From a virus, in IMG/VR virus record IMGVR_UViG_3300046643_000057, positions 1 through 56,389 of that record: 56,389 nt of DNA. One strand, given 5' to 3'. Below the pieces are notes generated by a model that worked only from the letters and a program-made list of their open reading frames with translations, did not search any database and was not told where the DNA came from. The translations under genes were made by a program, and so were the position numbers. Positions within the stretch are counted from its first letter, which is position 1, and each line of letters begins with the position of its first letter. Below are positions 8,977 to 16,598 of this stretch, piece after piece.

Positions 8977-9477
8977 ATGCCTGTATACGGTGAGACACGG
9001 GAAGACGGATTCAGGTTCAAAGGTTTCAACGGCAAGCATGAGCATTGGCTCTCGCCAGAAGCATGGGAAGCAAAGGCCGAACGCATGCGCAAGTGGCGCC
9101 GCGCGAACTACGCAGCGAACATCACGCAAGAGCGTGAGAAGGCTGCCGCGTACATGCGCGACCACCGACGCGCGCAGCCAGAGCTTCACATGCTCGTCCG
9201 GGCGAGAGCGAGGGCGAAGGCCTCAGGCCTCCCCTTCACGATCGGTTTGCTTGACGTCTTCGTGCCTGAGTTCTGTCCTGTTTTCGGCGTGCCACTCGAG
9301 ATCGGCAATGACAACCCGGACACAAGCCCGGAGCTTGACCGGATCGTGAACGCTCTCGGCTACGTGCCGGGTAACGTGATCGTGATTTCCCGCCGCGCGA
9401 ATCGCCTCAAGAGCGACGCAACTCTCGCCGAAATGCAGGTACTCGCTGACTTTTATTCATCACTGCAACCGGAGTAA
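8977..9477 (+). CDS. HNH-type (endonuclease VII-like) homing endonuclease
   Basis: C-terminal segment PELDRIVNALGYVPGNVIVISRRANRLKSDA is typical of free-standing phage HNH endonucleases. Confidence 0.7.
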   Translation: MPVYGETREDGFRFKGFNGKHEHWLSPEAWEAKAERMRKWRRANYAANITQEREKAAAYMRDHRRAQPELHMLVRARARAKASGLPFTIGLLDVFVPEFCPVFGVPLEIGNDNPDTSPELDRIVNALGYVPGNVIVISRRANRLKSDATLAEMQVLADFYSSLQPE

Positions 9478-9482
9478 CTTCC

Positions 9483-9650
9483 ATGCAAGTCATTTTTCTT
9501 TCTCTCTGGCTCTACCTCGGAATCCACGCATCGATCGGCGAGGCCATCGCGCCTCCGGCCGCGATCGCCGAAGAGGCAATCGACGACAGCGCCGACGATT
9601 GGACCGAGTTCGATCTGTCGACCCCGGACGTGGGCGAGGTGCAACCATGA
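9483..9650 (+). CDS. small hypothetical membrane/secreted protein (55 aa)
   Basis: Not in the track. Translation: MQVIFLSLWLYLGIHASIGEAIAPP...DVGEVQP. Its stop overlaps the next ATG (ATGA). Confidence 0.35.
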   Translation: MQVIFLSLWLYLGIHASIGEAIAPPAAIAEEAIDDSADDWTEFDLSTPDVGEVQP

Positions 9651-9823
9651 TCCCCCACACAACCCCCGGCGCGGGTCCGATCGCGCCTCCGCGGCCCCGT
9701 CTCGGCCGTCTGGACATCCTCGCCGCGATGCATCGCGAAGAGATCGAGGCCACGACATGGCAAGCCTACTTCGCGGACCCGACCTGCCTTTGCTGGCTGC
9801 CTCTGCGTGAGGTGGCATCGTGA
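9647..9823 (+). CDS. small hypothetical protein (58 aa)
   Basis: Internal ATG of ORF 9599..9823, coupled to neighbours on both sides. Confidence 0.35.
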   Translation: MIPHTTPGAGPIAPPRPRLGRLDILAAMHREEIEATTWQAYFADPTCLCWLPLREVAS

Positions 9824-9936
9824 GAGACCGCATCGGCGCTGTCCTGGCCTACGGCCTGACCCTCTTCAACCTCTGGATTTGGGCGCAAGCCTTGATCCGC
9901 ATCGCGGAGATCATCCATGCGTCGACCACCCGCTGA
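9820..9936 (+). CDS. tiny membrane protein (38 aa)
   Basis: GTG overlaps the upstream stop. Translation VRDRIGAVLAYGLTLFNLWIWAQALIRIAEIIHASTTR contains one TM segment. Confidence 0.3.
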   Translation: MRDRIGAVLAYGLTLFNLWIWAQALIRIAEIIHASTTR

Positions 9937-10030
9937 CTTCTGTTTCATCTGCGAGGTGGTGCTCGGCGCCACTGTCGCGCTCATCGTGGCATCGCTCGGC
10001 GCGCTTGTCATGGTGTTCGTCCACCACTAG
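9917..10030 (+). CDS. tiny membrane protein (37 aa)
   Basis: Translation MRRPPADFCFICEVVLGATVALIVASLGALVMVFVHH contains one TM segment. Confidence 0.3.
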   Translation: MRRPPADFCFICEVVLGATVALIVASLGALVMVFVHH

Positions 10031-10040
10031 GAGACCCAAA

Positions 10041-10259
10041 ATGCAAACCCTCCCTTCTGAACGCCAGATCGTCTCAGGACGCACGTTTTCGAGCACCTTC
10101 GGCCCCGACTACTTTTACGCCGTCGAGCGCCTCCGCAGGCGCGCCAACCGGTGGGACAAATTGGGGTGGATCGCCTCGTTTTTGCTCTTCTGTGGAATTT
10201 TTTGCATCGTCCGATGGCCCGCGCTTTTGGGTTTCCTCGGCGCCATTGCGAAGCGTTGA
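10041..10259 (+). CDS. small membrane protein (72 aa)
   Basis: GGAGA SD lies 7 nt upstream of the ATG. C-terminal TM segment WIASFLLFCGIFCIVRWPALLGFLGAI. Internal to ORF 9807..10259. Confidence 0.45.
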   Translation: MQTLPSERQIVSGRTFSSTFGPDYFYAVERLRRRANRWDKLGWIASFLLFCGIFCIVRWPALLGFLGAIAKR

Positions 10260-10392
10260 CTAACTTAGCCTGCACCCTCTGCCCCCTCTTGCAGTGCGTT
10301 TTTCCTATAAGCGTTCCACAGATAGAAAAAGACAATTCATAGAGTCGATATAGGAAAATTGCCCTACATGAGGGGGCAGAGGGTGCAGTTAG
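10260..10392. repeat. nested inverted repeat at the convergence of two operons
   Basis: Outer perfect 19-bp arms at 10270-10288 and 10370-10388 (ctgcaccctctgccccctc / gagggggcagagggtgcag). Inner perfect 10-bp arms at 10300-10309 and 10349-10358 (ttttcctata / tataggaaaa). AT-rich 39-nt centre. Confidence 0.85.
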
Positions 10393-10407
10393 GGGTGGGT
10401 AAACCCT

Positions 10408-13155
10408 CTATTCGGGCAAAAGGCGTAGTCCGTGCACCAAACGCAATTTTTTACGACGGCCTTCACCAAGCGAGGCCTGCGACTCCCGAACCTCGCTCCC
10501 CGGCACCACTCGCAACACTTCATCCATAAAACGAGATTTGGAAATAGCGAAAACCCCGGCGTCCTTGCACCACCTCACGTACTCCGGATAGAGGCCTGCA
10601 TTCGACCCGAGCGACGCGTCCGTGAGAGCTTCGCGGAAGTCATATCCGATTTCGCAGCACTCCCCGACGAACTGCCCCACGCGGTCCTGCTCGCGCTTGT
10701 AGGCGTCGCCTGCAGCACGCACCACGGCCGGCGCCTGCAGCCCTGTCTGCGCCCATTCGATCGCACCCCGCACGCGCCACGCGAGAATCCCCTCTAGCTC
10801 GCTCTGCAGCCTCGCGCCCACACTCATGTCCTTCACCTTGTCCGCAAGACCCGCAGCGACCGCCTCCGTGCTTCCGAAGGTCACGCCATAGGGCACGAGC
10901 AGCACGCGGCGCCAGATGCCGTGATCCTGACCCTTGATCTGCGGCTTGTGGTTCGTGAGCAGTTGCAGCTTGTGCACGGGGCGGAACTCGAAAAAGTCCT
11001 CGCGCATGTGACGCGCCATGAGCTTGTCGCCGCCCGTCGCCTGTTTGATGAAGTCCTCGCGCAGCACGACGTTTTCGCCATGCTCGTGTGCTGTCACCAT
11101 GCGGCGGCCGAAGAGCGAAGCTATCTCGGTAGGGTGCCGGTCGCTCTTCGACGCAGCCATGAGCCCGGGAGCGGCCGTGGTGCCGTATTCGCCCTGCGTG
11201 TCCGCGAGTAGATCGATGATCGTGCTCTTGCCGTTCGATCCGCCACCCCAATGCACCGCGAAGCACTGCTCGCGCGTGTCCCCGGTGAGGCAGTAGCCCG
11301 CCCATCGCTGCAGGAACGCGGCGACTTCGCGCTTCCCCGCGTCCAACCCATCCTCGCCGGTGATCTCGGCCACGACACGCGACCACGTCGGCGCCTGCGC
11401 ATCGGCCTTGTACCGCAGCGGCACGATCTTGGTGATGTAGTCGGCGGGGTCGTGGCGTCGGACCTTGCCTGTCCGCAGGTCGACAACACCGTTCAGGCAA
11501 TTGAGCGCCCACGGGTCGCGATCCAGACTCTCGGCGTCGACGGTGAGCATCTTGCGAGCCAGACCGATCGCAGCCTCGATCGCGCCCTTCATTTCGCTTT
11601 TGAGCGCCCACTTACCGAGCGCCTCCGCGATCGCGCCGAGCTTGGTCGCCTCGGCCTGATCGCCGCGCGCCTCCGCATCTGCGGCCCTGGCTTCGTGAGT
11701 CTTCTTCTCGCCGCGGATGATCTCGGACAAGCGGCACCCGTAGCGGTAGACGTCGGCCTCGTCGGCGACCCACCGCTTGCCGTCCCAGACGTGCCACTTG
11801 CCGGCCGCCACGAGCACGAGCGCGCCGAAACTATCCTTCAGACGCTGCGCGTTCGCTTGGTCCGTCGTGAGGTAGTGCGCCTCCGGAATGCCGCGCCGCT
11901 TGACCGCTGGCAGCTTCACGTCCGGGGGTGGTGGCAGATGCGAGACAAGGGCCATCGATCCGCCGAGCGTGGCGTCGATCGCGGCCGGTGAGGTGAGATC
12001 CGATAAGGGGCTATTACCGGGCGTCATGCTTGCATCGCGAGGTGTGTAAACAGTGCCGATCAATGCCCCGCCGTCGAAGGTTTGTTCGACCCCTACATTA
12101 CCCTCGGGCGCGCCCGGGTCGACGCCGACCCACACCACGGCCGGCACGGGCGGCGCGTTGTCCTCCGCGCTGCAGTCTTCGAAACCATCGGGGATCGGCT
12201 CGTGCCATCCGTACCCCGCGGCCAATCGCTTCAACGATCCGATGCCCTTGACGTTCTCCCGGTCCGACCTGATGAAGGGCCACACGCGGTTATCGAGGAA
12301 ATCGGCATCGTATTTGCCGCTCTTCGCGCTGAAGGCGTGCGCGATCTCGAGACCATCGCCTCCGGTCTCGTGATGGATGATGAAGACGACATCACGCCAC
12401 TGGTCGTAGCCGAGCTCGTCCTTGCCTGTGTTCGGGATCGCGGCCAAGATCGATCGAAGCTCTTCGTGCCCCACGATCTCGCCGAGCCCCTTCGCGACCC
12501 GCACAGGCCTCGCCAAGCGCGGCACGGGCTCGGACAGAGGCCACGCCATGCCGAGCACGTCCTCGCGCGTCCCTGGCACCCAGTCGTCGAGCAGGGGTTC
12601 GAAGACGATCGGGACGGACAAACCCGCGAGAGGCAACACGGCCTGATTGCCGTAGCCACCCTCCGGCACTTCGTTCTGTTTGGGGAATACCTCGATCTCG
12701 CCGGCTGCGACACCGCGCGTGCCGGACTTATAACCACACGATCTAACGGCCGTGTCGAGCCACTGCCTAACGGAATAAGCGTCTTGGGGCGTCTCCCAGA
12801 GGCAATAGACGTGCAGGCCACGGCCACCACTTGAGCGGAACATCACCGGCGCACCACCGAGTAGCTCGATCGATTGCGCGACGGCGGTTGCGGCCGAGAG
12901 CATTGCGGACCATGTCGTTTCGCCTCCGTGCGAGTCGAAGTCGAGCAAACCCACCATCGTCAACGAAGAGCCCGCGGCGATCTGTGAGACGCCACGGGCG
13001 GGGCCCCCGTTCAAGTGCCGCGCGAATCGCTCGGGCGTAAGTGGTTCTTTGGTCCATGCCTGCGTCCCGTCCTGTTTCTTGATGGCTGTCACGTCCGTGC
13101 GGACGCGCGAGATCAGCGGCGCGAGAGCCGCATAGAGCGGATCGTTCGGGTTCAT
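10408..13155 (-). CDS. bifunctional primase-polymerase / D5-like SF3 helicase
   Basis: AEP motifs LLDFDSHGG and GGRGLHVY in the N-terminal third. Walker A HWGGGSNGKST and Walker B-like segment in the C-terminal third. 915 aa. Confidence 0.9.
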   Translation of the reverse strand: MNPNDPLYAALAPLISRVRTDVTAIKKQDGTQAWTKEPLTPERFARHLNGGPARGVSQIAAGSSLTMVGLLDFDSHGGETTWSAMLSAATAVAQSIELLGGAPVMFRSSGGRGLHVYCLWETPQDAYSVRQWLDTAVRSCGYKSGTRGVAAGEIEVFPKQNEVPEGGYGNQAVLPLAGLSVPIVFEPLLDDWVPGTREDVLGMAWPLSEPVPRLARPVRVAKGLGEIVGHEELRSILAAIPNTGKDELGYDQWRDVVFIIHHETGGDGLEIAHAFSAKSGKYDADFLDNRVWPFIRSDRENVKGIGSLKRLAAGYGWHEPIPDGFEDCSAEDNAPPVPAVVWVGVDPGAPEGNVGVEQTFDGGALIGTVYTPRDASMTPGNSPLSDLTSPAAIDATLGGSMALVSHLPPPPDVKLPAVKRRGIPEAHYLTTDQANAQRLKDSFGALVLVAAGKWHVWDGKRWVADEADVYRYGCRLSEIIRGEKKTHEARAADAEARGDQAEATKLGAIAEALGKWALKSEMKGAIEAAIGLARKMLTVDAESLDRDPWALNCLNGVVDLRTGKVRRHDPADYITKIVPLRYKADAQAPTWSRVVAEITGEDGLDAGKREVAAFLQRWAGYCLTGDTREQCFAVHWGGGSNGKSTIIDLLADTQGEYGTTAAPGLMAASKSDRHPTEIASLFGRRMVTAHEHGENVVLREDFIKQATGGDKLMARHMREDFFEFRPVHKLQLLTNHKPQIKGQDHGIWRRVLLVPYGVTFGSTEAVAAGLADKVKDMSVGARLQSELEGILAWRVRGAIEWAQTGLQAPAVVRAAGDAYKREQDRVGQFVGECCEIGYDFREALTDASLGSNAGLYPEYVRWCKDAGVFAISKSRFMDEVLRVVPGSEVRESQASLGEGRRKKLRLVHGLRLLPE

Positions 13156-13394
13156 CCGCGCCCCTGTTTTGCCGCTTGCGCTTTTTCCACTTCGTATTGC
13201 GCTTTGAGATCACGTGCGATGGGCACGAGCTCGGCGATTGCTTCAAACACGGGCCGTAGCATTTCGGTCTGGCGGTCGATGGCTTGAGCGATTGCCATGT
13301 TCGAAGCGACGACAGGGAAGAAAGCATGCCCTGACGAATGACTGCACATTGCTGCAGCGGCGTCACGGGCTTGGGTAATTGCGTCTTGGGACAC
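13152..13394 (-). CDS. hypothetical protein (80 aa)
   Basis: GTG start preceded by GAGGTGAT. Its stop overlaps the primase ATG. Confidence 0.55.
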   Translation of the reverse strand: MSQDAITQARDAAAAMCSHSSGHAFFPVVASNMAIAQAIDRQTEMLRPVFEAIAELVPIARDLKAQYEVEKAQAAKQGRG

Positions 13395-13414
13395 GGGGGA
13401 TCACCTCAAAAAGA

Positions 13415-13482
13415 GTCCACAAGGGAGCAGCGCCGCGCCGCCAAGCGCCCGGCCATCACCGGTGCGCCGCTCTCTTGTGGAC
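13415..13482 (-). promoter_or_regulatory. long leader hairpin upstream of the primase operon
   Basis: 14-bp arms gtccacaagggagc / gctctcttgtggac (one G-U position) enclose a GC-rich 40-nt loop, just 5-prime of the SD at about 13400. Confidence 0.45.
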
Positions 13483-13528
13483 GATGGTTTCAGATTGGCG
13501 GACGGTGAGCATACATCCGCGGGAACAC

Positions 13529-13546
13529 TTGCAGCAAGTGATACAA
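13529..13546. promoter_or_regulatory. operator-like site O6 (degenerate; minus strand reads TTGTATCACTTGCTGCAA)
   Basis: One good half-site and one 5/7 half-site. Lies between the minus-strand terminator and the primase-operon leader. A possible TTGCTG-18-TATGCT promoter overlaps it. Confidence 0.4.
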
Positions 13547-13547
13547 A

Positions 13548-13578
13548 CGAAAAAGCCCACCGTGTTTCCACAGTGGGC
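13548..13578 (-). terminator. rho-independent terminator (minus strand)
   Basis: Minus strand reads gcccactgtg-gaaa-cacggtgggc followed by TTTTTCG. Confidence 0.6.
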
Positions 13579-13728
13579 CTCCCCGAGCCTTGCACCCGAC
13601 ATACACCCCATCAATGTTGCCGCGCCCCAGAGTGCGACTAGGCTCCCGATCACCGATCTCTTGCGCGGGAAGCGATCAGGCCTCTATCCTGTCGGGCTTG
13701 TTTTCACGCACGAGGCCAGTCGCGCGCT

Positions 13729-13941
13729 TCATGTGGAGCGCCCCGCTCGCTCACTCCACGACCATGTCACGGTGCCGTCGACAAGGTCGGGAGCAGACAC
13801 GGTGAGGCTACCCCATTCGACAGCTTCCGGGTAGACCACGCCGATGACGGGCACGCCGCTTTGTTTCAGCAGGGCGAGCGCGTTCATGCCGCGGTGAATC
13901 GGGTTCTCGAAACGAGACAGGTCTTGTGTGACGTTGATCAC
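13729..13941 (-). CDS. hypothetical protein (70 aa)
   Basis: GTG at 13941 preceded by GAGGAA. In frame with ORF 13729..14130, whose upstream part overlaps the previous gene. Confidence 0.45.
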   Translation of the reverse strand: MINVTQDLSRFENPIHRGMNALALLKQSGVPVIGVVYPEAVEWGSLTVSAPDLVDGTVTWSWSERAGRST

Positions 13942-13951
13942 GATCCGTTCC

Positions 13952-14416
13952 TCAGTCTGCTGCAGCGCGGCAATGAAACATGACGATGCCGCGCTCGTCC
14001 CGGCGTCCGCGGTTGATCTCGGCCTCGGTCCAATGCGGTGTTCCGGGCAGCTTGCAATAAGGGCAAAGCCTTGGATTGGCTGCGTCCGCCAGCGGCACAA
14101 CAGACTCCATTGCTTCTTGTGCGGCATCAAGTGCAGCCGTTCGTAGGTCGAGTAAGCGACTTCTCACACCCATCGCCTCGCTCGCCAGTTCTTTAGTGGG
14201 TCGAGCAGCGCGGAGCCACGCGAATGCGGCCCTTATGCCTTCGATGTCGCTCAACTGCACGAACTCCATCTGAGTGTCAATGTTCGGCCCCCACGACTTG
14301 AGCAACGCTTCGTGCGGGGGAGCCCAGGTGTAGAACGTGATCTTCCGATCGCCGTTCCACCATTCCATCGTTGCGCAGCCGTCTTCATCGACCCCGATAT
14401 GCGGCACCTCGTTCAT
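13952..14416 (-). CDS. hypothetical protein (154 aa)
   Basis: ATG at 14416 overlaps the upstream stop (ATGA). Translation begins MNEVPHIGVDEDGCATMEWWNGDRKITFY... Confidence 0.6.
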   Translation of the reverse strand: MNEVPHIGVDEDGCATMEWWNGDRKITFYTWAPPHEALLKSWGPNIDTQMEFVQLSDIEGIRAAFAWLRAARPTKELASEAMGVRSRLLDLRTAALDAAQEAMESVVPLADAANPRLCPYCKLPGTPHWTEAEINRGRRDERGIVMFHCRAAAD

Positions 14417-15453
14417 GACTGCTCTCCCGAAGACTTGAGAACAGCGCCCCCAAACCATTCCGAAAGCGCGAATGACGTGATCGACCTGACTTCTTCGTCT
14501 GTCGCCGCTCGCGGCTCTGCGCTGACCCATTCGTCCCCGGTTGCCCAAAACACACGCGCCGATTCGTCGTCGGTCGGTGTCTTGCGCATGAGGGTGACAG
14601 TGCCGTCCAGCGCGTCGGTTTCGTGAATCTCCGAAGGCTCTTGGCTATACGATTGACCTGCCTCGTAGAGGTCGGGAGCGAGCGCGATCAGCGACGCATC
14701 GACTGGCTCGTGTTTGAAGAAACAGCCGTAGCCGGGCTTCAACGTGGCGAACTTGTACGGCTCGCCGCGCACGTCTTCGATATAGCGGTGATTGCGGAGG
14801 CGTCCTGCGACGATGGTGGACTCAAGGCCCCATTGCAAGTGATCGTGAATCATGCTGACGTTCGGAACGCGGTAGCGAGAGTCCCAAACATGCAGGCGCG
14901 TGTTGTCGCTCAAATGAAGTCGCAGCATCCCCATGCCTTGCAGAGACCACTCGAAGGCCGTCGCGTTCTCAAGAATCGCGCGAACCAAGATGCGGCTCAA
15001 TTCTGGCCTTGAAGGGGCAGTCTCCGCAGCGGGTTGCCTCTCAGGGCTGGATGGTTCGATGGGTTCGGCGCGCCAATCGAACGCCGCCCATTCTTCTGCC
15101 AGTGCATCCGGCATGTAGCCTTTGCGGTCGGCCCGATCAAGCGCATCCATCAGGTCACCGAAGTTCTTCACCAGAACAACTGAGAATCCTTCAGGGATTG
15201 GTGCCACCGGCTCTCCAGTGATCGCCCGATCCACGCGGCCAGCCAGCATCCTCGCCAGCTCCTCTGGTGAGAGCGGCTCAAGAATCCCGTAGCTGCTCTC
15301 GCATTCCTTGTTGATGTCGAGTGCCCCCTCACTCAATGCAGTCGCAGCCTCACGCATGACGCGCTGGGCGTCGCCGCTCTTGCTTTTGAGCAGGCCGCAG
15401 TCGTCCATGATCAAGGCAAGCTCCATCAGCCTCTTGGACAGTTGTGTCGTCAT
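14413..15453 (-). CDS. hypothetical protein with C-terminal cupin-like metal-binding motifs
   Basis: 346 aa. ATG at 15453 overlaps the regulator stop. IHDHLQWGLESTIVAG resembles cupin motif 1 (HxH...E...G), and a later ...PSEIHETD supplies a possible second His. Confidence 0.6.
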   Translation of the reverse strand: MTTQLSKRLMELALIMDDCGLLKSKSGDAQRVMREAATALSEGALDINKECESSYGILEPLSPEELARMLAGRVDRAITGEPVAPIPEGFSVVLVKNFGDLMDALDRADRKGYMPDALAEEWAAFDWRAEPIEPSSPERQPAAETAPSRPELSRILVRAILENATAFEWSLQGMGMLRLHLSDNTRLHVWDSRYRVPNVSMIHDHLQWGLESTIVAGRLRNHRYIEDVRGEPYKFATLKPGYGCFFKHEPVDASLIALAPDLYEAGQSYSQEPSEIHETDALDGTVTLMRKTPTDDESARVFWATGDEWVSAEPRAATDEEVRSITSFALSEWFGGAVLKSSGEQS

Positions 15454-15740
15454 GTGAGCTTCGCTTTCATGGCGAACCGAGCGTATTCGCAACTCTGGCA
15501 GGTCGCGCTCAGGTCGGTGCGGTTAATGATCGGGATGATCTGCATCCGGCTCGCGGCTTTCTCGACCCTGATCGCGAGATCGGGGCTGATGTTGCGCCGG
15601 CCTTCCGCATACTGGCGCAATGACGCCTCGGTCGACTTGGCGAGCTTGGCGAAGCGCAGGCGTTGTTTCGGCTCAAGACCGCGCCAGAGCGCCATGAGCT
15701 TCGGGTTCGGTCGCAGCGGTCGGGGTGGTTTCTTTTGCAT
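15450..15740 (-). CDS. small HTH DNA-binding regulator (XRE/Cro-like)
   Basis: Translation MQKKPPRPLRPNPKLMALWRGLEPKQRLRFAKLAKSTEASLRQYAEGRRNISPDLAIRVEKAA. Sits at a divergent promoter region that carries two operator-like palindromes. Confidence 0.65.
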   Translation of the reverse strand: MQKKPPRPLRPNPKLMALWRGLEPKQRLRFAKLAKSTEASLRQYAEGRRNISPDLAIRVEKAASRMQIIPIINRTDLSATCQSCEYARFAMKAKLT

Positions 15741-15748
15741 GCGACGGA

Positions 15749-15766
15749 CTGTATCACTTGACGCAA
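15749..15766. promoter_or_regulatory. operator-like site O2 (CTGTATCACTTGACGCAA)
   Basis: Lies 9 bp upstream of the regulator ATG (minus strand). Overlaps a plus-strand TTGACG -35 hexamer at 15758-15763. Confidence 0.5.
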
Positions 15767-15793
15767 GGCATGCGCAACCATTACGATTCATCC

Positions 15794-15868
15794 GCGCCGG
15801 TGCTCTCACCTCCCTTACTCCCTGATCCGGCGCCTTCCGACCCGTGGTTTTGCGACCACGGGTTTTTC
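15794..15868 (+). ncRNA. candidate small RNA or leader-attenuator (about 75 nt)
   Basis: Putative promoter TTGACG(15758)-18 nt-TACGAT(15782). Hairpin gcgccgg/ccggcgc has a loop tgctctCACCTCCCttaCTCCCtgat (anti-SD-like). A terminator hairpin follows at 15841-15868. Confidence 0.3.
15841..15868 (+). terminator. rho-independent terminator-like hairpin inside the divergent region
   Basis: cccgtggt-tttgcg-accacggg followed by TTTTTCTTT. There is no plus-strand CDS upstream. Confidence 0.55.
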
Positions 15869-15880
15869 TTTCGAAAAGTG

Positions 15881-15909
15881 TTGACAAGCTCGTATCAAGT
15901 GATACACAC
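15881..15909 (+). promoter_or_regulatory. sigma70-like promoter with operator-like site O3 (TCGTATCAAGTGATACAC at 15890-15907)
   Basis: Consensus TTGACA at 15881-15886. The palindrome occupies the spacer and -10 region. Lies 36 bp upstream of the ATG at 15945. Confidence 0.55.
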
Positions 15910-15944
15910 TGACCGCTCACCTTTTCAACCAAACGGAATTCATC

Positions 15945-16277
15945 ATGTCCAAGCAAACCATCAAGCTCGCCGAGGCGCTGTTGCGCCGCAAGGAACTCCA
16001 AGGCAAGGTCGACGTCCTGAAGCAGATCAAGGACAAGGACATGTTCGAAGTCAAGGCAAGCCGCAAGAAGGTCACCGAAGACTTGGACGATGTCGTCGCG
16101 GCTGTGCCCAAGCTCACGGCCTCGCAGTTCACGGCCGAATACGATTGGCACGCCAAGCAGTTGCGCCTGATCGATGCGGCCATCCAGCAAACGAACTGGA
16201 CGGCCGAGATCACGATCGATCACGATGTGATGGCCGAGTACAGCGACCGCACGGCGGCGCCGAAGACCCCGGCCTGA
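15945..16277 (+). CDS. DIP1984/septicolysin-like family protein (short version)
   Basis: The N-terminal KLAEALLRRKELQGKVDVL and C-terminal KQLRLIDAAIQQTNWTAEI match the conserved ends of that family as I remember them. Confidence 0.6.
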   Translation: MSKQTIKLAEALLRRKELQGKVDVLKQIKDKDMFEVKASRKKVTEDLDDVVAAVPKLTASQFTAEYDWHAKQLRLIDAAIQQTNWTAEITIDHDVMAEYSDRTAAPKTPA

Positions 16278-16598
16278 CGACCTTCACGCGGGTTTGAAAA
16301 GCTGCATGCTGCGATCGGGGAAAGGCTCGCTTCCGTGCCTCTAAACGGTAAGGTGTTGCGCGACACCGCTAGCAAACTTGATCTGTATCGATTAACGGCG
16401 TGATTCGGGATTCACATTAAACGCCCGGGGAACTTCGACTAAGAGAAACGTGAACAGCGAAGCTCCGATTGACCGATTACGATCACACGAGAACCTCCGA
16501 CTGAGAGACGCGCCGACTAACCACCCCCGAGGGCGTGCAGCCCTTCAAACCCGCGAGAAGACCCTTTGAAATCCACCACGAAGAAAGCGATACACGTT

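Noticed and set aside
15841-15868. Ordinary terminator of a protein-coding gene
   Set aside because: There is no plus-strand CDS upstream and the minus-strand side lacks a T-run. I reinterpreted it as the 3-prime end of a candidate small RNA or leader (see findings).
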